From Mycolicibacterium smegmatis (GTDB lineage: Bacteria > Actinomycetota > Actinomycetes > Mycobacteriales > Mycobacteriaceae), in NCBI RefSeq assembly GCF_001457595.1, contig NZ_LN831039.1, positions 3,000,001-3,032,000 of the forward strand: a stretch of DNA of 32,000 bases, given 5' to 3'. Numbering within the stretch: position 1 is the stretch's first letter; each line of letters opens with the position of its first letter. Both the position numbers and the translations under genes were made by a program. This document shows, one piece after another, positions 17,445 to 25,433 of the stretch. The notes under the pieces are model-generated. The model did not search any database. It had not been told where the DNA came from and saw only the letters and a program-made list of their open reading frames with translations.

Positions 17445-17480
17445 ACAGGCGCCCCCGAACCGAGGTTCGGGGGCGCCTGT
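17445..17480 (-). terminator. Strong intrinsic-type hairpin downstream of the extradiol dioxygenase gene
   Basis: Perfect 16-bp inverted repeat ACAGGCGCCCCCGAAC-cgag-GTTCGGGGGCGCCTGT with a 4-nt loop, no long U tract. Confidence 0.75.
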
Positions 17481-17520
17481 GAACGTGTGGACAGCGTGCG
17501 TCTACGTGGGGGGCCGGTGC

Positions 17521-18423
17521 TCACGGCTGCATCGCCCGCGGCAGGTCACTGACCCACTGATGGCCCCAGTAGCTGTCCGCGGTGATCTCTTCGGCGGTGT
17601 AGTGCTGCTCGTCGACCCGCATCCCGTCGGTGCCGAACTCGATATCCCAGTCGCCGGGAGCGCGCACGTAGAAGGACACCATCTTGTCGTTGGTGTGTCT
17701 GCCCAGCGTCGACGACAGCTGGAACCCGTCGGCGTTGACCCGGTCGAGGGCCTGTCCGACCGCGTCCAGCGAATCGACCTCCACCATCAGGTGGACCAGG
17801 CCCGGGTCCCGCAACGTCGAGGCGGGGCAGAGGGCCAGGCTGTGGTGGCGTTCGTTGACTCCGAGGAAGCGCACCCGTACGGGACCGAACTCCGGGGGCA
17901 CGGGTACCCGGAATGCGCCGCGCGACTTGAAACCGAGTGTCTCGGTGTAGAACTCGAACAATCCGTTGACATCGAGCGCGGGGAGCACCACGTGCCCGAG
18001 GCCCTGATCGCCGGTGACGAACCGCGCGCCGAACGGCGTGACGACCGGGCTGTGGTCGAGCACCGGACCGTGGAACACCTCGAGGGAGGTGCCTGCCGGA
18101 TCCTCGAACGCGATGGCCTCCTCCACGCGCCGACTGTCGGCTTCGGCGAGCGACAGTTGTTTGTGGGGCACACCCGCAGCGTCCAGCGCGCGCTTGACCT
18201 CCTGCAGGGCGGCGTGGTCGCGCACCTCCCAGCCGACGGTGACGATCTTGTCGACATCGCCGGGGGTCACGATGATGCGGGCGCAGCGTTCGTCCATCCG
18301 CAGGTACAGCGCATCCGGATCGGGACCCTTGCCCTCGGCGAAACCGAGTACACCGAAGGCGAAGTGACGCCACCGCTGCATGTCCGTGGCTTGGACGGTG
18401 ACGTATCCGAGGCTCTTGATCAT
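17521..18423 (-). CDS. Type I extradiol (vicinal oxygen chelate) dioxygenase, BphC/HsaC-like
   Basis: Two-domain VOC protein. Metal ligand contexts QGLGHVVLPALD, DPGLVHLMVEVD and GDWDIEFGTDGMRVD. Confidence 0.9.
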   Translation of the reverse strand: MIKSLGYVTVQATDMQRWRHFAFGVLGFAEGKGPDPDALYLRMDERCARIIVTPGDVDKIVTVGWEVRDHAALQEVKRALDAAGVPHKQLSLAEADSRRVEEAIAFEDPAGTSLEVFHGPVLDHSPVVTPFGARFVTGDQGLGHVVLPALDVNGLFEFYTETLGFKSRGAFRVPVPPEFGPVRVRFLGVNERHHSLALCPASTLRDPGLVHLMVEVDSLDAVGQALDRVNADGFQLSSTLGRHTNDKMVSFYVRAPGDWDIEFGTDGMRVDEQHYTAEEITADSYWGHQWVSDLPRAMQP

Positions 18424-18439
18424 GCTCGTGGTCTCCTGC

Positions 18440-19621
18440 TCAGATCATCGCCCGCAGCGGGCCCTGTGGGTCGACACCCAGCGAACTGAGTGCCGAGGCG
18501 TGGTAGACGGTGCCCGGCACGTGGATGGCGTGCGCCTGCCCGACGTGCACGTCGCGCCAGTACCGCTGCAGCGGCTTGTCCATGCGGGCGGCGTTGCCGC
18601 CGCAGCGCGCGAAGATCTCGTCGACGGCCGACACCGCCCGCCACACGGCGCGGATCTGGGTGCGCCTGCCCGCGGCCCGGTTTTCGAAGGACACCTCTTT
18701 GCCCGCGGCCACCATGTCGTAGATGCGGTCGGCGTTGGCCAGGAGTTCCTGGCGCGCGGCGTTGATGTCCGCGGCGGCCTCACCGATCGCGTACATGACG
18801 TATGGGTCGTCCTTGACGGCCACACCGCTGGAGTTGACGCGCTGGCGCTGATAGTCGAGCGCCGCGGCCAGTGCGCCCTCGGCGATGCCGATCGTCGCCG
18901 AGGAGATGCCGAGCGGGAACATCGTCGACCACGGCATCAGGTACAGCGGTTCGGTCATGCCGGCCTCGCGCTGCGCGGTGCCGTCCATGACCTTCATGCC
19001 GTCCATGGTTCGGTACGCCGGTACGAAGGCGTCCTTGACGATGACGTCCTTGGAGCCGGTGCCGCGCAGGCCCACGACATCCCACGAATCGTCGACGATC
19101 TCGTAGTCCTTGCGCGGGAGGATCATGTGCAGCATCTGCGGCGGCATCAGCGGGGTGCCGTCCGCGTCACCGACCATCGCGCCCAGGATGATCCAGTCGC
19201 AGTGGTCGGTTCCCGAACTGAACTGCCACCGGCCGTTGAAGATGTAGCCGCCGTCGACGGGGACGGCGACGCCTTGCGGCGCATAGGGGGACGCGACCCA
19301 GGTGTCGACGTCCTGGGCCCAGATCTCTTCTCCCACCCGCGGGTCGGCATACGCGAGCTGGTAGGGATGGACACCGACCACGCCGTTGATCCAGCCGGCC
19401 GACGGATCCAGCGCGGCGGTGGCCATGACGGTCTCGGCGAACTCGCGCGGGTGGACCTCAAGCCCGCCATGCTTTTTCGGCTGGAGCAACCGGATGCTGC
19501 CGACCTGCTTCATCGTCTTGACCGTGGTGTCGGTCAGCTTGCCGATCCTCTCGGCCTCGACGGCTTGTTCGCGTAGCTGGTCGGCGAGTTCAGCGATACC
19601 GTCGATCACCCGTTTTGTCAT
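18440..19621 (-). CDS. HsaA-like flavin-dependent hydroxylase (acyl-CoA dehydrogenase fold)
   Basis: QVGSIRLLQPKKHGGLEVHPREFAETVMATAALDPSAGWINGVVGVH and WQFSSGTDHCDWIILGAMV are typical of HsaA-type monooxygenase oxygenase subunits. Start MTKRVIDG at 19621. Confidence 0.88.
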   Translation of the reverse strand: MTKRVIDGIAELADQLREQAVEAERIGKLTDTTVKTMKQVGSIRLLQPKKHGGLEVHPREFAETVMATAALDPSAGWINGVVGVHPYQLAYADPRVGEEIWAQDVDTWVASPYAPQGVAVPVDGGYIFNGRWQFSSGTDHCDWIILGAMVGDADGTPLMPPQMLHMILPRKDYEIVDDSWDVVGLRGTGSKDVIVKDAFVPAYRTMDGMKVMDGTAQREAGMTEPLYLMPWSTMFPLGISSATIGIAEGALAAALDYQRQRVNSSGVAVKDDPYVMYAIGEAAADINAARQELLANADRIYDMVAAGKEVSFENRAAGRRTQIRAVWRAVSAVDEIFARCGGNAARMDKPLQRYWRDVHVGQAHAIHVPGTVYHASALSSLGVDPQGPLRAMI

Positions 19622-19680
19622 GGAACCGATCGTGGACCGTACCGGGCACACACCGTCGGGTGTTTCCCGGTCAGCGGAAA

Positions 19681-20736
19681 TCAGAACTCGATCCTTATCC
19701 GGTCCGACACCGGACGCGCCTGACAGGCCAGGAAGAGCCCGTCCGCGATGTCCTGCGCATCGAGAATCGGGGTGTCGCCGCGTTCGATCTCGCCGTCCAG
19801 CACGGTCGCCGCGCATGATCCGCAGCTGCCCTCACGGCATGAGTACGGCACCTCGACACCTGCGGCCAGCATGGTGTCGACCAGATTGCGGTCACGCGGC
19901 CAACGAAGTTGGTGCACCGTTCCGTCGAGTTCGATCTCGGCTTCGGCAGCGCCGGCATCGGTTCCGGGGCCGGCCGGCCCCGAGGCGGGCACGTCTTCGG
20001 CGAACGGGTCTCCCGACAGGGATTGGAACACCTCAAGGTGGATGCGTCGGCGCGGAACCCCGGCCTCCGTAAGCGCGGCCCGTACCACCGCCATGAACGG
20101 CTCTGGACCGCAGATGAACGACTCGTAACCGCTGAACAACTGTGCGAACCCGCACAACTGGGCCCGCGTCGGCAGGCCCTGGACCGATTCCAGCCAGTGC
20201 AACACCGTCAACCGGCCCGCGTGGCGCGCGGCCAGTTCACGCAGTTCGGCCGCGAAGATCACTGACCGCTCGTCGCGGTTGGCGTAGCAGAGGATCACCC
20301 GGCCCGAGCCGGCCGAGAGCACCGATTTGAGGATCGACATCACCGGTGTGATGCCACTACCGGCTGCCCACAGCAGAAAATCGTCGTCCAGGTTCGCCGG
20401 GGTGAACACACCCGACGGCGGCAGCGATTCGATCGTGGACCCGACAGAGACGTTGTCGCACAACCAGTTCGAACCATAACCACCGTCGGTGCGCTTGACC
20501 GTGACCTTGTGTGCGTCGTCGGTGTGCGGCGAACTGGCCAGTGAGTAGCAGCGTGCCACCGATCCCGTTCGCTCACTCGGGATGCGCAGCGTCAGGAACT
20601 GCCCGGGCCGGTATCCGAAGTGGTCGCGGTGTTCGTCGGGGACGGCGAACACCAATGACCGGGCGTCATGGCTCTCGTCGATGACTTCGGTGACCGTGAG
20701 CCGCGCGATACGCGTGCTGGATTCGACGTCGGACAT
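19681..20736 (-). CDS. Ferredoxin-type reductase component with C-terminal plant-type 2Fe-2S domain, KshB/HmpX-like
   Basis: RCYSLASSPH flavin motif, GSGITPVMSILKSVL, CGPEPFM, CREGSCGSCAATVLDGE...FLACQARP. Confidence 0.92.
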   Translation of the reverse strand: MSDVESSTRIARLTVTEVIDESHDARSLVFAVPDEHRDHFGYRPGQFLTLRIPSERTGSVARCYSLASSPHTDDAHKVTVKRTDGGYGSNWLCDNVSVGSTIESLPPSGVFTPANLDDDFLLWAAGSGITPVMSILKSVLSAGSGRVILCYANRDERSVIFAAELRELAARHAGRLTVLHWLESVQGLPTRAQLCGFAQLFSGYESFICGPEPFMAVVRAALTEAGVPRRRIHLEVFQSLSGDPFAEDVPASGPAGPGTDAGAAEAEIELDGTVHQLRWPRDRNLVDTMLAAGVEVPYSCREGSCGSCAATVLDGEIERGDTPILDAQDIADGLFLACQARPVSDRIRIEF

Positions 20737-20863
20737 GGCACGAGATTGTGACGGGCGGCGAGGGTCCCCGGCGGGTGGCGGGCCCAATGGACGGGAGGAA
20801 ATCCCGAGGAATCCCGTCGTCCGGTGACCGGGAAGCACACCGGAAGGGGCCGCCGCGGTCTCC

Positions 20864-20869
20864 TAATCT
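20864..20869 (+). promoter_or_regulatory. Candidate -10 element TAATCT of a leaderless transcript for the second BVMO gene
   Basis: TAATCT-GCGTGCC-GTG with no Shine-Dalgarno. Confidence 0.5.
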
Positions 20870-20876
20870 GCGTGCC

Positions 20877-22490
20877 GTGAGTAGCACGACTGAAAAAGTT
20901 GTCGACGTCGTCGTGGTCGGTGCGGGCTTCGGCGGCCTGTACGCCCTGCACAAGTTCCGTGGTGACGGCTTGTCGGTCCGTGTGTTCGAGGCCGCTCCCG
21001 AAGTGGGTGGAACCTGGTACTACAACCGGTATCCGGGTGCCCGCTGCGACGTCGAGAGCCTCGACTACAGCTACTCGTTCTCCGATGAGCTCCAACAGGA
21101 ATGGACCTGGACGGAGAAGTACGCCACCCAGGCCGAGATCCTGCGCTACATCAACTGGGTCGCCGACAAACTCGACCTGCGGTCCGGCATCACGTTCAAC
21201 ACGCGCGTGGTCTCCGCGGTTCTCGACGAGACCACGCTGCGCTGGCGCGTCGAGACCGACACCGGAGAAGTGCTCACCGCGCGATTCGTGGTGATGGCCA
21301 CCGGTCCACTCTCATCGCCGTTGACGCCGAACTTCCCCGGGTTGGACAGCTTTGCCGGCGAGGTCTACCACACCGCGTACTGGCCGCACGAGGACGTGGA
21401 TTTCACCGGCAAGCGCGTCGGGGTGATCGGGACAGGGTCCTCAGGGATCCAGTCGATCCCGATCATCGCCGAACAGGCGTCGCACCTCTACGTGTTCCAG
21501 CGGACGCCCAACTACAGCGTGCCCGCGGGCAACCGCCCGCTGACCGGGGAGGAACTCGCCGAAGCCAAGGCCAATTACGCCGAACGGCGCAGGAAGTCGT
21601 GGCGCAGCGGCGGCGGCTCGCCGCACGTGGCGCACCCGAAACTGACCATGGAGGTCAGCCCGGAAGAACGGCGCGAAGCGTTCGAACGCCGTTGGCAGCT
21701 CGGTGGTGTCCTGTTCTCCAAGACCTTCAGTGACCAGATGATCAACCCGGAGGCCAACGAGGAGGCGCGGAAGTTCTACGAGGAGAAGATCCGCGCGGTC
21801 ATCGACGATCCCGAGGTCGCCGATCTGTTGATCCCGGACGACCATCCGATCGGGACCAAGCGGATCTGTACCGATACCAACTACTTCCAGACGTTCAACC
21901 GGCCCAACGTGACGCTGGTGAGCGTCCGGAAGACACCGATCGAATCGATCGACGCCACCGGGATAGCCACCTCGGACGCCCATTACGACCTCGATGCCCT
22001 GGTGTTCGCCACGGGTTTCGACGCGATGACGGGCACGTTGGCCAAGATCGACATCGTCGGCCGCGGCGGGCAGAAGCTGGTCGACGACTGGGCCGACGGA
22101 CCGCGCACCTATCTGGGCCTCGGCGTCGACGGGTTCCCCAACCTGTTCCTGGTGTCCGGACCCGGTGCGCCCGCGGTGCTCGCGAACATGGTTCTGCACG
22201 CCGAAGCCCACGTCAACTGGATCTCCGAGGCCATCGGCCACCTGAACGAGCACGGGTATGCCGCGATCGAGGCCACACCGGAAGCCGTCGAGAACTGGAT
22301 CGCCGAGTGCAACCAACGCGCCGAGGCCACCCTGTTCCCGAAGGCGAACTCCTGGTACATGGGCGCCAACGTTCCGGGTAAGCCGCGCGTGTTCATGCTC
22401 TTCATCGGTGGGTTCGGCGTCTACCTCGACATATGTGCCGAGGTCGCGAACGCCGGGTACAAGGGCTTCCGCCTGCTCGGGGCGGGGTAG
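20877..22490 (+). CDS. Type I Baeyer-Villiger flavin monooxygenase (PAMO/CHMO/steroid-MO-like)
   Basis: VVVVGAGFGGLYALHKFRG, VGGTWYYNRYPGARCDVES, fingerprint FAGEVYHTAYWP (FxGxxxHxxxWP), GVIGTGSSGIQSIP. GTG start. Confidence 0.94.
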   Translation: MSSTTEKVVDVVVVGAGFGGLYALHKFRGDGLSVRVFEAAPEVGGTWYYNRYPGARCDVESLDYSYSFSDELQQEWTWTEKYATQAEILRYINWVADKLDLRSGITFNTRVVSAVLDETTLRWRVETDTGEVLTARFVVMATGPLSSPLTPNFPGLDSFAGEVYHTAYWPHEDVDFTGKRVGVIGTGSSGIQSIPIIAEQASHLYVFQRTPNYSVPAGNRPLTGEELAEAKANYAERRRKSWRSGGGSPHVAHPKLTMEVSPEERREAFERRWQLGGVLFSKTFSDQMINPEANEEARKFYEEKIRAVIDDPEVADLLIPDDHPIGTKRICTDTNYFQTFNRPNVTLVSVRKTPIESIDATGIATSDAHYDLDALVFATGFDAMTGTLAKIDIVGRGGQKLVDDWADGPRTYLGLGVDGFPNLFLVSGPGAPAVLANMVLHAEAHVNWISEAIGHLNEHGYAAIEATPEAVENWIAECNQRAEATLFPKANSWYMGANVPGKPRVFMLFIGGFGVYLDICAEVANAGYKGFRLLGAG

Positions 22491-22589
22491 CCGACCCGCG
22501 CGGGCGAGGGCGAGGCGGTTGTCCGACAGGGTTGCCCGCGCTGATACCGTCCGGTCGACGGAACGCGTCACGACGACGATGAGGGGACC

Positions 22590-23384
22590 ATGCCTGACCT
22601 CGCGACATACGGACCATGGGCGGTCATCGCCGGCGGCTCGGAGGGTGTCGGCGCGGAGTTCGCGCGCCTGCTGGCCGAGGCCGGTGTCAACCTCGTCCTG
22701 ATCGCCCGCAAGCCGGGACCGCTCCAGGACACCGCCCAGCGGTGCCGCGAGATCGGGGTCGACGTGCGCACCGTCGCGACGGACCTCCTCGACCCCACGG
22801 CGGTGGAGCAGATCACCGGCGCCACCGCGGGTCTCGATGTGGGGTTGCTGATCTACAACGCCGGCGCCAGCACGTGCAACGAGCCGTTTCTCGACGCCCC
22901 GCTCGACGACTTCCGAAAAGTGCTCGACCTCAACGTCACCCGGATGATGGAGCTGGTCCAGCATTACGCGCGTCCCATGGTGGCGCGGCAGCGCGGCGGT
23001 GTCCTCATCGTGGGTTCTCTGTCGGGTTACATGGGCGCAGACCGGCATTCGGTGTACGGCGGGGCCAAGGCGTTCTCGCGGATCTTCGCCGAGAGCCTGT
23101 GGCTCGAACTGCGCGAGCACAACGTCGACGTGGTCGAACTGGTGCTCGGTGTCACCAGGACCCCGGCGATGGAGCGGGTGGGCCTCAACTTCGATGTGCC
23201 CGGCATGATCGTCAACGACCCCGCCGATGTCGCCGCCGAAGGCCTGGCCAACCTGGCCAACGGGCCGGTCCACATCGCGGGCGGCAACGCGGCGATCGCC
23301 GCGGCCAACAACGCCCCCGACCGGGCGAAGGTGGTGCTGCAGGCGCACGATCGGATGCGACGGCTGATCAACCGGGGCGCCTGA
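22590..23384 (+). CDS. Short-chain dehydrogenase/reductase (SDR)
   Basis: MPDLATYGPWAVIAGGSEGVGAEFARLLAEAGVNLVLIARK, YNAGA, YGGAKAF. Confidence 0.92.
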   Translation: MPDLATYGPWAVIAGGSEGVGAEFARLLAEAGVNLVLIARKPGPLQDTAQRCREIGVDVRTVATDLLDPTAVEQITGATAGLDVGLLIYNAGASTCNEPFLDAPLDDFRKVLDLNVTRMMELVQHYARPMVARQRGGVLIVGSLSGYMGADRHSVYGGAKAFSRIFAESLWLELREHNVDVVELVLGVTRTPAMERVGLNFDVPGMIVNDPADVAAEGLANLANGPVHIAGGNAAIAAANNAPDRAKVVLQAHDRMRRLINRGA

Positions 23385-23385
23385 G

Positions 23386-24255
23386 ATGCGGGTCGGATTG
23401 TCGACGCCCGTCGTCGTGCAGGTCCCACAGGTGGCCTCGGCGTGGGAGGCCACCGCGACCGTCGACGACCTCGTCTCGATCGCCGAGGTCGCCGACGACA
23501 CCGGGTTCGACTTCCTGACCTGTTCCGAGCACACCGCGGTGCCGCAGGCCGACGCGGCCCGCCGCGGTGCGGTCTACTGGGATCCGCTGTCCACCTTGGG
23601 CTTCCTGGCCGCACACACCCGCAGGATCCGTCTGGCCACGGCAGTTCTGGTACTTCCGTACCATCATCCGCTGGAGCTCGCGAAGCGCTACGGGACGCTC
23701 GACCGGCTCAGTGGTGGCCGCCTGGTCCTCGGTGTCGGGATCGGGTCGCTGCGTGAGGAATTCGACCTGATCGGCGCGCCCTGGGAGAAGCGCGGTGCCC
23801 GCGCCGACGATGCCATCCGGGCGTTGCGCGCGTCGATGGGCCGCGCCGAACCGGCCTATGAGGGCCCGTTCTACGCGTTCTCCGAGATGACCGTGCTGCC
23901 GCACGCCGAGCGGATCGACGTGCCGATCTGGGTGGGTGGGCGCACCGAGGCCTCGTTGCGCCGTGCCGTGTCGCTGGGAGACGGATGGATGCCGTTCGGC
24001 CTCAAGACATCCGAGATTCGCGCTCTTCTGGCGACGACACAGACACCGGCCGGGTTCGAGGTGGTGCTCAGCACCGGGCATGCCGTCGACCCGATCGGCG
24101 ACCCGGCGGGCACCCGCACGCGGTTGGCAGGCCTTGCCGATGCCGGAGCCACCGTGGCGTCCTGCACCATCGCGGCGACCTCGGCCTCGCACTACCGCGA
24201 CCAGGTCGCCCGGCTCTCCGAGATCGCCGGGACCGTGGAAGGGCGCGGGGCCTGA
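23386..24255 (+). CDS. LLM-class (luciferase-like) oxidoreductase, probably F420-dependent
   Basis: DFLTCSEHTAVP, RIRLATAVLVLPYHHPLELAKRYGTLDRLSGGRLVLGVGIGSLREEFDLIG. Confidence 0.9.
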   Translation: MRVGLSTPVVVQVPQVASAWEATATVDDLVSIAEVADDTGFDFLTCSEHTAVPQADAARRGAVYWDPLSTLGFLAAHTRRIRLATAVLVLPYHHPLELAKRYGTLDRLSGGRLVLGVGIGSLREEFDLIGAPWEKRGARADDAIRALRASMGRAEPAYEGPFYAFSEMTVLPHAERIDVPIWVGGRTEASLRRAVSLGDGWMPFGLKTSEIRALLATTQTPAGFEVVLSTGHAVDPIGDPAGTRTRLAGLADAGATVASCTIAATSASHYRDQVARLSEIAGTVEGRGA

Positions 24256-24286
24256 GCTGGGGCCCGGGGTATCTGCGCAAGCCCGC

Positions 24287-24292
24287 TAGTGT
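24287..24292 (+). promoter_or_regulatory. Candidate -10 element TAGTGT of a leaderless transcript for the ACT-domain gene
   Basis: TAGTGT-CGATTC-ATG, no Shine-Dalgarno. Confidence 0.45.
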
Positions 24293-24298
24293 CGATTC

Positions 24299-24676
24299 AT
24301 GGCGCGAGTTCAACGACACCTGGTCCTGCTCTCCGGAGTGTTTCGGATCGACCACGTGGCAGACGAGACCGTGGTCGATGGTGACGACTGGGTCGCCCAG
24401 GTGCGCGCACCGGAAGGCCTGACAGTGATCCGCAAGGCCGACAGCGACGAACGATGGGTGGGGCTGTACGGCGACGACGCCCATGATCTCGACGTCACCG
24501 GGATGCTGGCCGCGGTAGTGGGGCCGCTGGCCGACGCCGACATCTCGGTGTTCGTGGCCTCTACGTTCCACTCCGATCTCGTGCTGGTGCCCGAGGCGCA
24601 GAAAGCCACGGCAGTGAGCGTTCTCGAGGCCGCCGGCCACACCGTGCGCGAGGCGGATCAGGTCAGGCTCTTGTAG
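24299..24676 (+). CDS. Small stand-alone ACT/CASTOR-like domain protein
   Basis: LTVIRKADSDERWVGLYGDDAHDLDVTGMLAAVVGPLADADISVFVASTFHSDLVLVPEAQKATAVSVLEAAGHTV resembles ACT-domain amino-acid-binding proteins. Confidence 0.75.
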   Translation: MARVQRHLVLLSGVFRIDHVADETVVDGDDWVAQVRAPEGLTVIRKADSDERWVGLYGDDAHDLDVTGMLAAVVGPLADADISVFVASTFHSDLVLVPEAQKATAVSVLEAAGHTVREADQVRLL

Positions 24677-24700
24677 AAACCCCGTCCACGGCCGCGGGAA

Positions 24701-24722
24701 ATAGATGGCGTCCGAAATCTAT
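24701..24722. promoter_or_regulatory. Candidate operator upstream of the TetR gene: ATAGAT-N10-ATCTAT
   Basis: 6-bp inverted repeat with 10-nt spacer, 48 bp upstream of the TetR ATG, AT-rich island in a GC-rich region. Confidence 0.3.
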
Positions 24723-24770
24723 ATCATCGACGGCGGACGGTTGCGGTGAGGGACGGCGAGGGAGGATGCG

Positions 24771-25325
24771 ATGCCTCGGGTATCACGTGAGCAGATGCAG
24801 TCGAACCGGGCGGCAGTGGTGCAAGCGGCGTCCGAGCTGATCCGCGAGAAGGGCATGGCCGACGTCACCGTCGAGGCGATCTCGGCACGGGCGGGCCTGA
24901 CGCACGGGAGCTTTCACAAACAGTTCGCATCGAAGCAGGCGCTACTGCTGGAGGCGATCTGCGCGGCGGTCGACCAACGACGGGCGGCCGTCCAGAAAAC
25001 CGTCGAAGAACACGGCAGCGACGCGCCAGACGTTCTCAAGGACTGGTATCTGTCGGAGGAACACCGCGACAACCCGGCGACGGGATGTGCTGTCGCCGCG
25101 CTGGTGGGGCATGCAGCCACCGTCACCGACGATGCTCTGAGGGACGCTTATTGCCGCGCGGTCGACGACCTGCTGGCAATGGTCGAGGACGGGGGCACCG
25201 CCGACGCGTTCGGTGAGGTGGCGCTCATGGTCGGCGCCCTCGAACTGGCGCGCGCCACCAAGGGGACGCCACTGTCGGCCAGGTTCCTCGAGTCGGCTCG
25301 TCAACGGCTCTCGCGCCAGGAGTAG
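24771..25325 (+). CDS. TetR-family transcriptional regulator
   Basis: AAVVQAASELIREKGMADVTVEAISARAGLTHGSFHKQFASKQALLLEAI helix-turn-helix; GGGAGG Shine-Dalgarno. Confidence 0.93.
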   Translation: MPRVSREQMQSNRAAVVQAASELIREKGMADVTVEAISARAGLTHGSFHKQFASKQALLLEAICAAVDQRRAAVQKTVEEHGSDAPDVLKDWYLSEEHRDNPATGCAVAALVGHAATVTDDALRDAYCRAVDDLLAMVEDGGTADAFGEVALMVGALELARATKGTPLSARFLESARQRLSRQE

Positions 25326-25402
25326 CACGCGCTGTCGTCGACCGGGTTCTGCCGCACGATCGGATGGCGGTTCCCGGCGTAGTTCCCTGCGCAGTGTTAT
25401 AA

Positions 25403-25416
25403 ATGTTGTCTAACAT
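25403..25416. promoter_or_regulatory. Candidate operator ATGTT-gtct-AACAT between the TetR gene and the SDR
   Basis: Perfect 5-bp inverted repeat with 4-nt spacer, just upstream of the Shine-Dalgarno of the SDR, in an AT-rich island. Confidence 0.4.
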
Positions 25417-25433
25417 CTATTGGAGGAGAACCC

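Noticed and set aside
21441-23534. 697-aa minus-strand ORF
   Set aside because: Antisense to the second BVMO and its SDR, both of which have clear family motifs; low-complexity His/Arg/Val-rich product.
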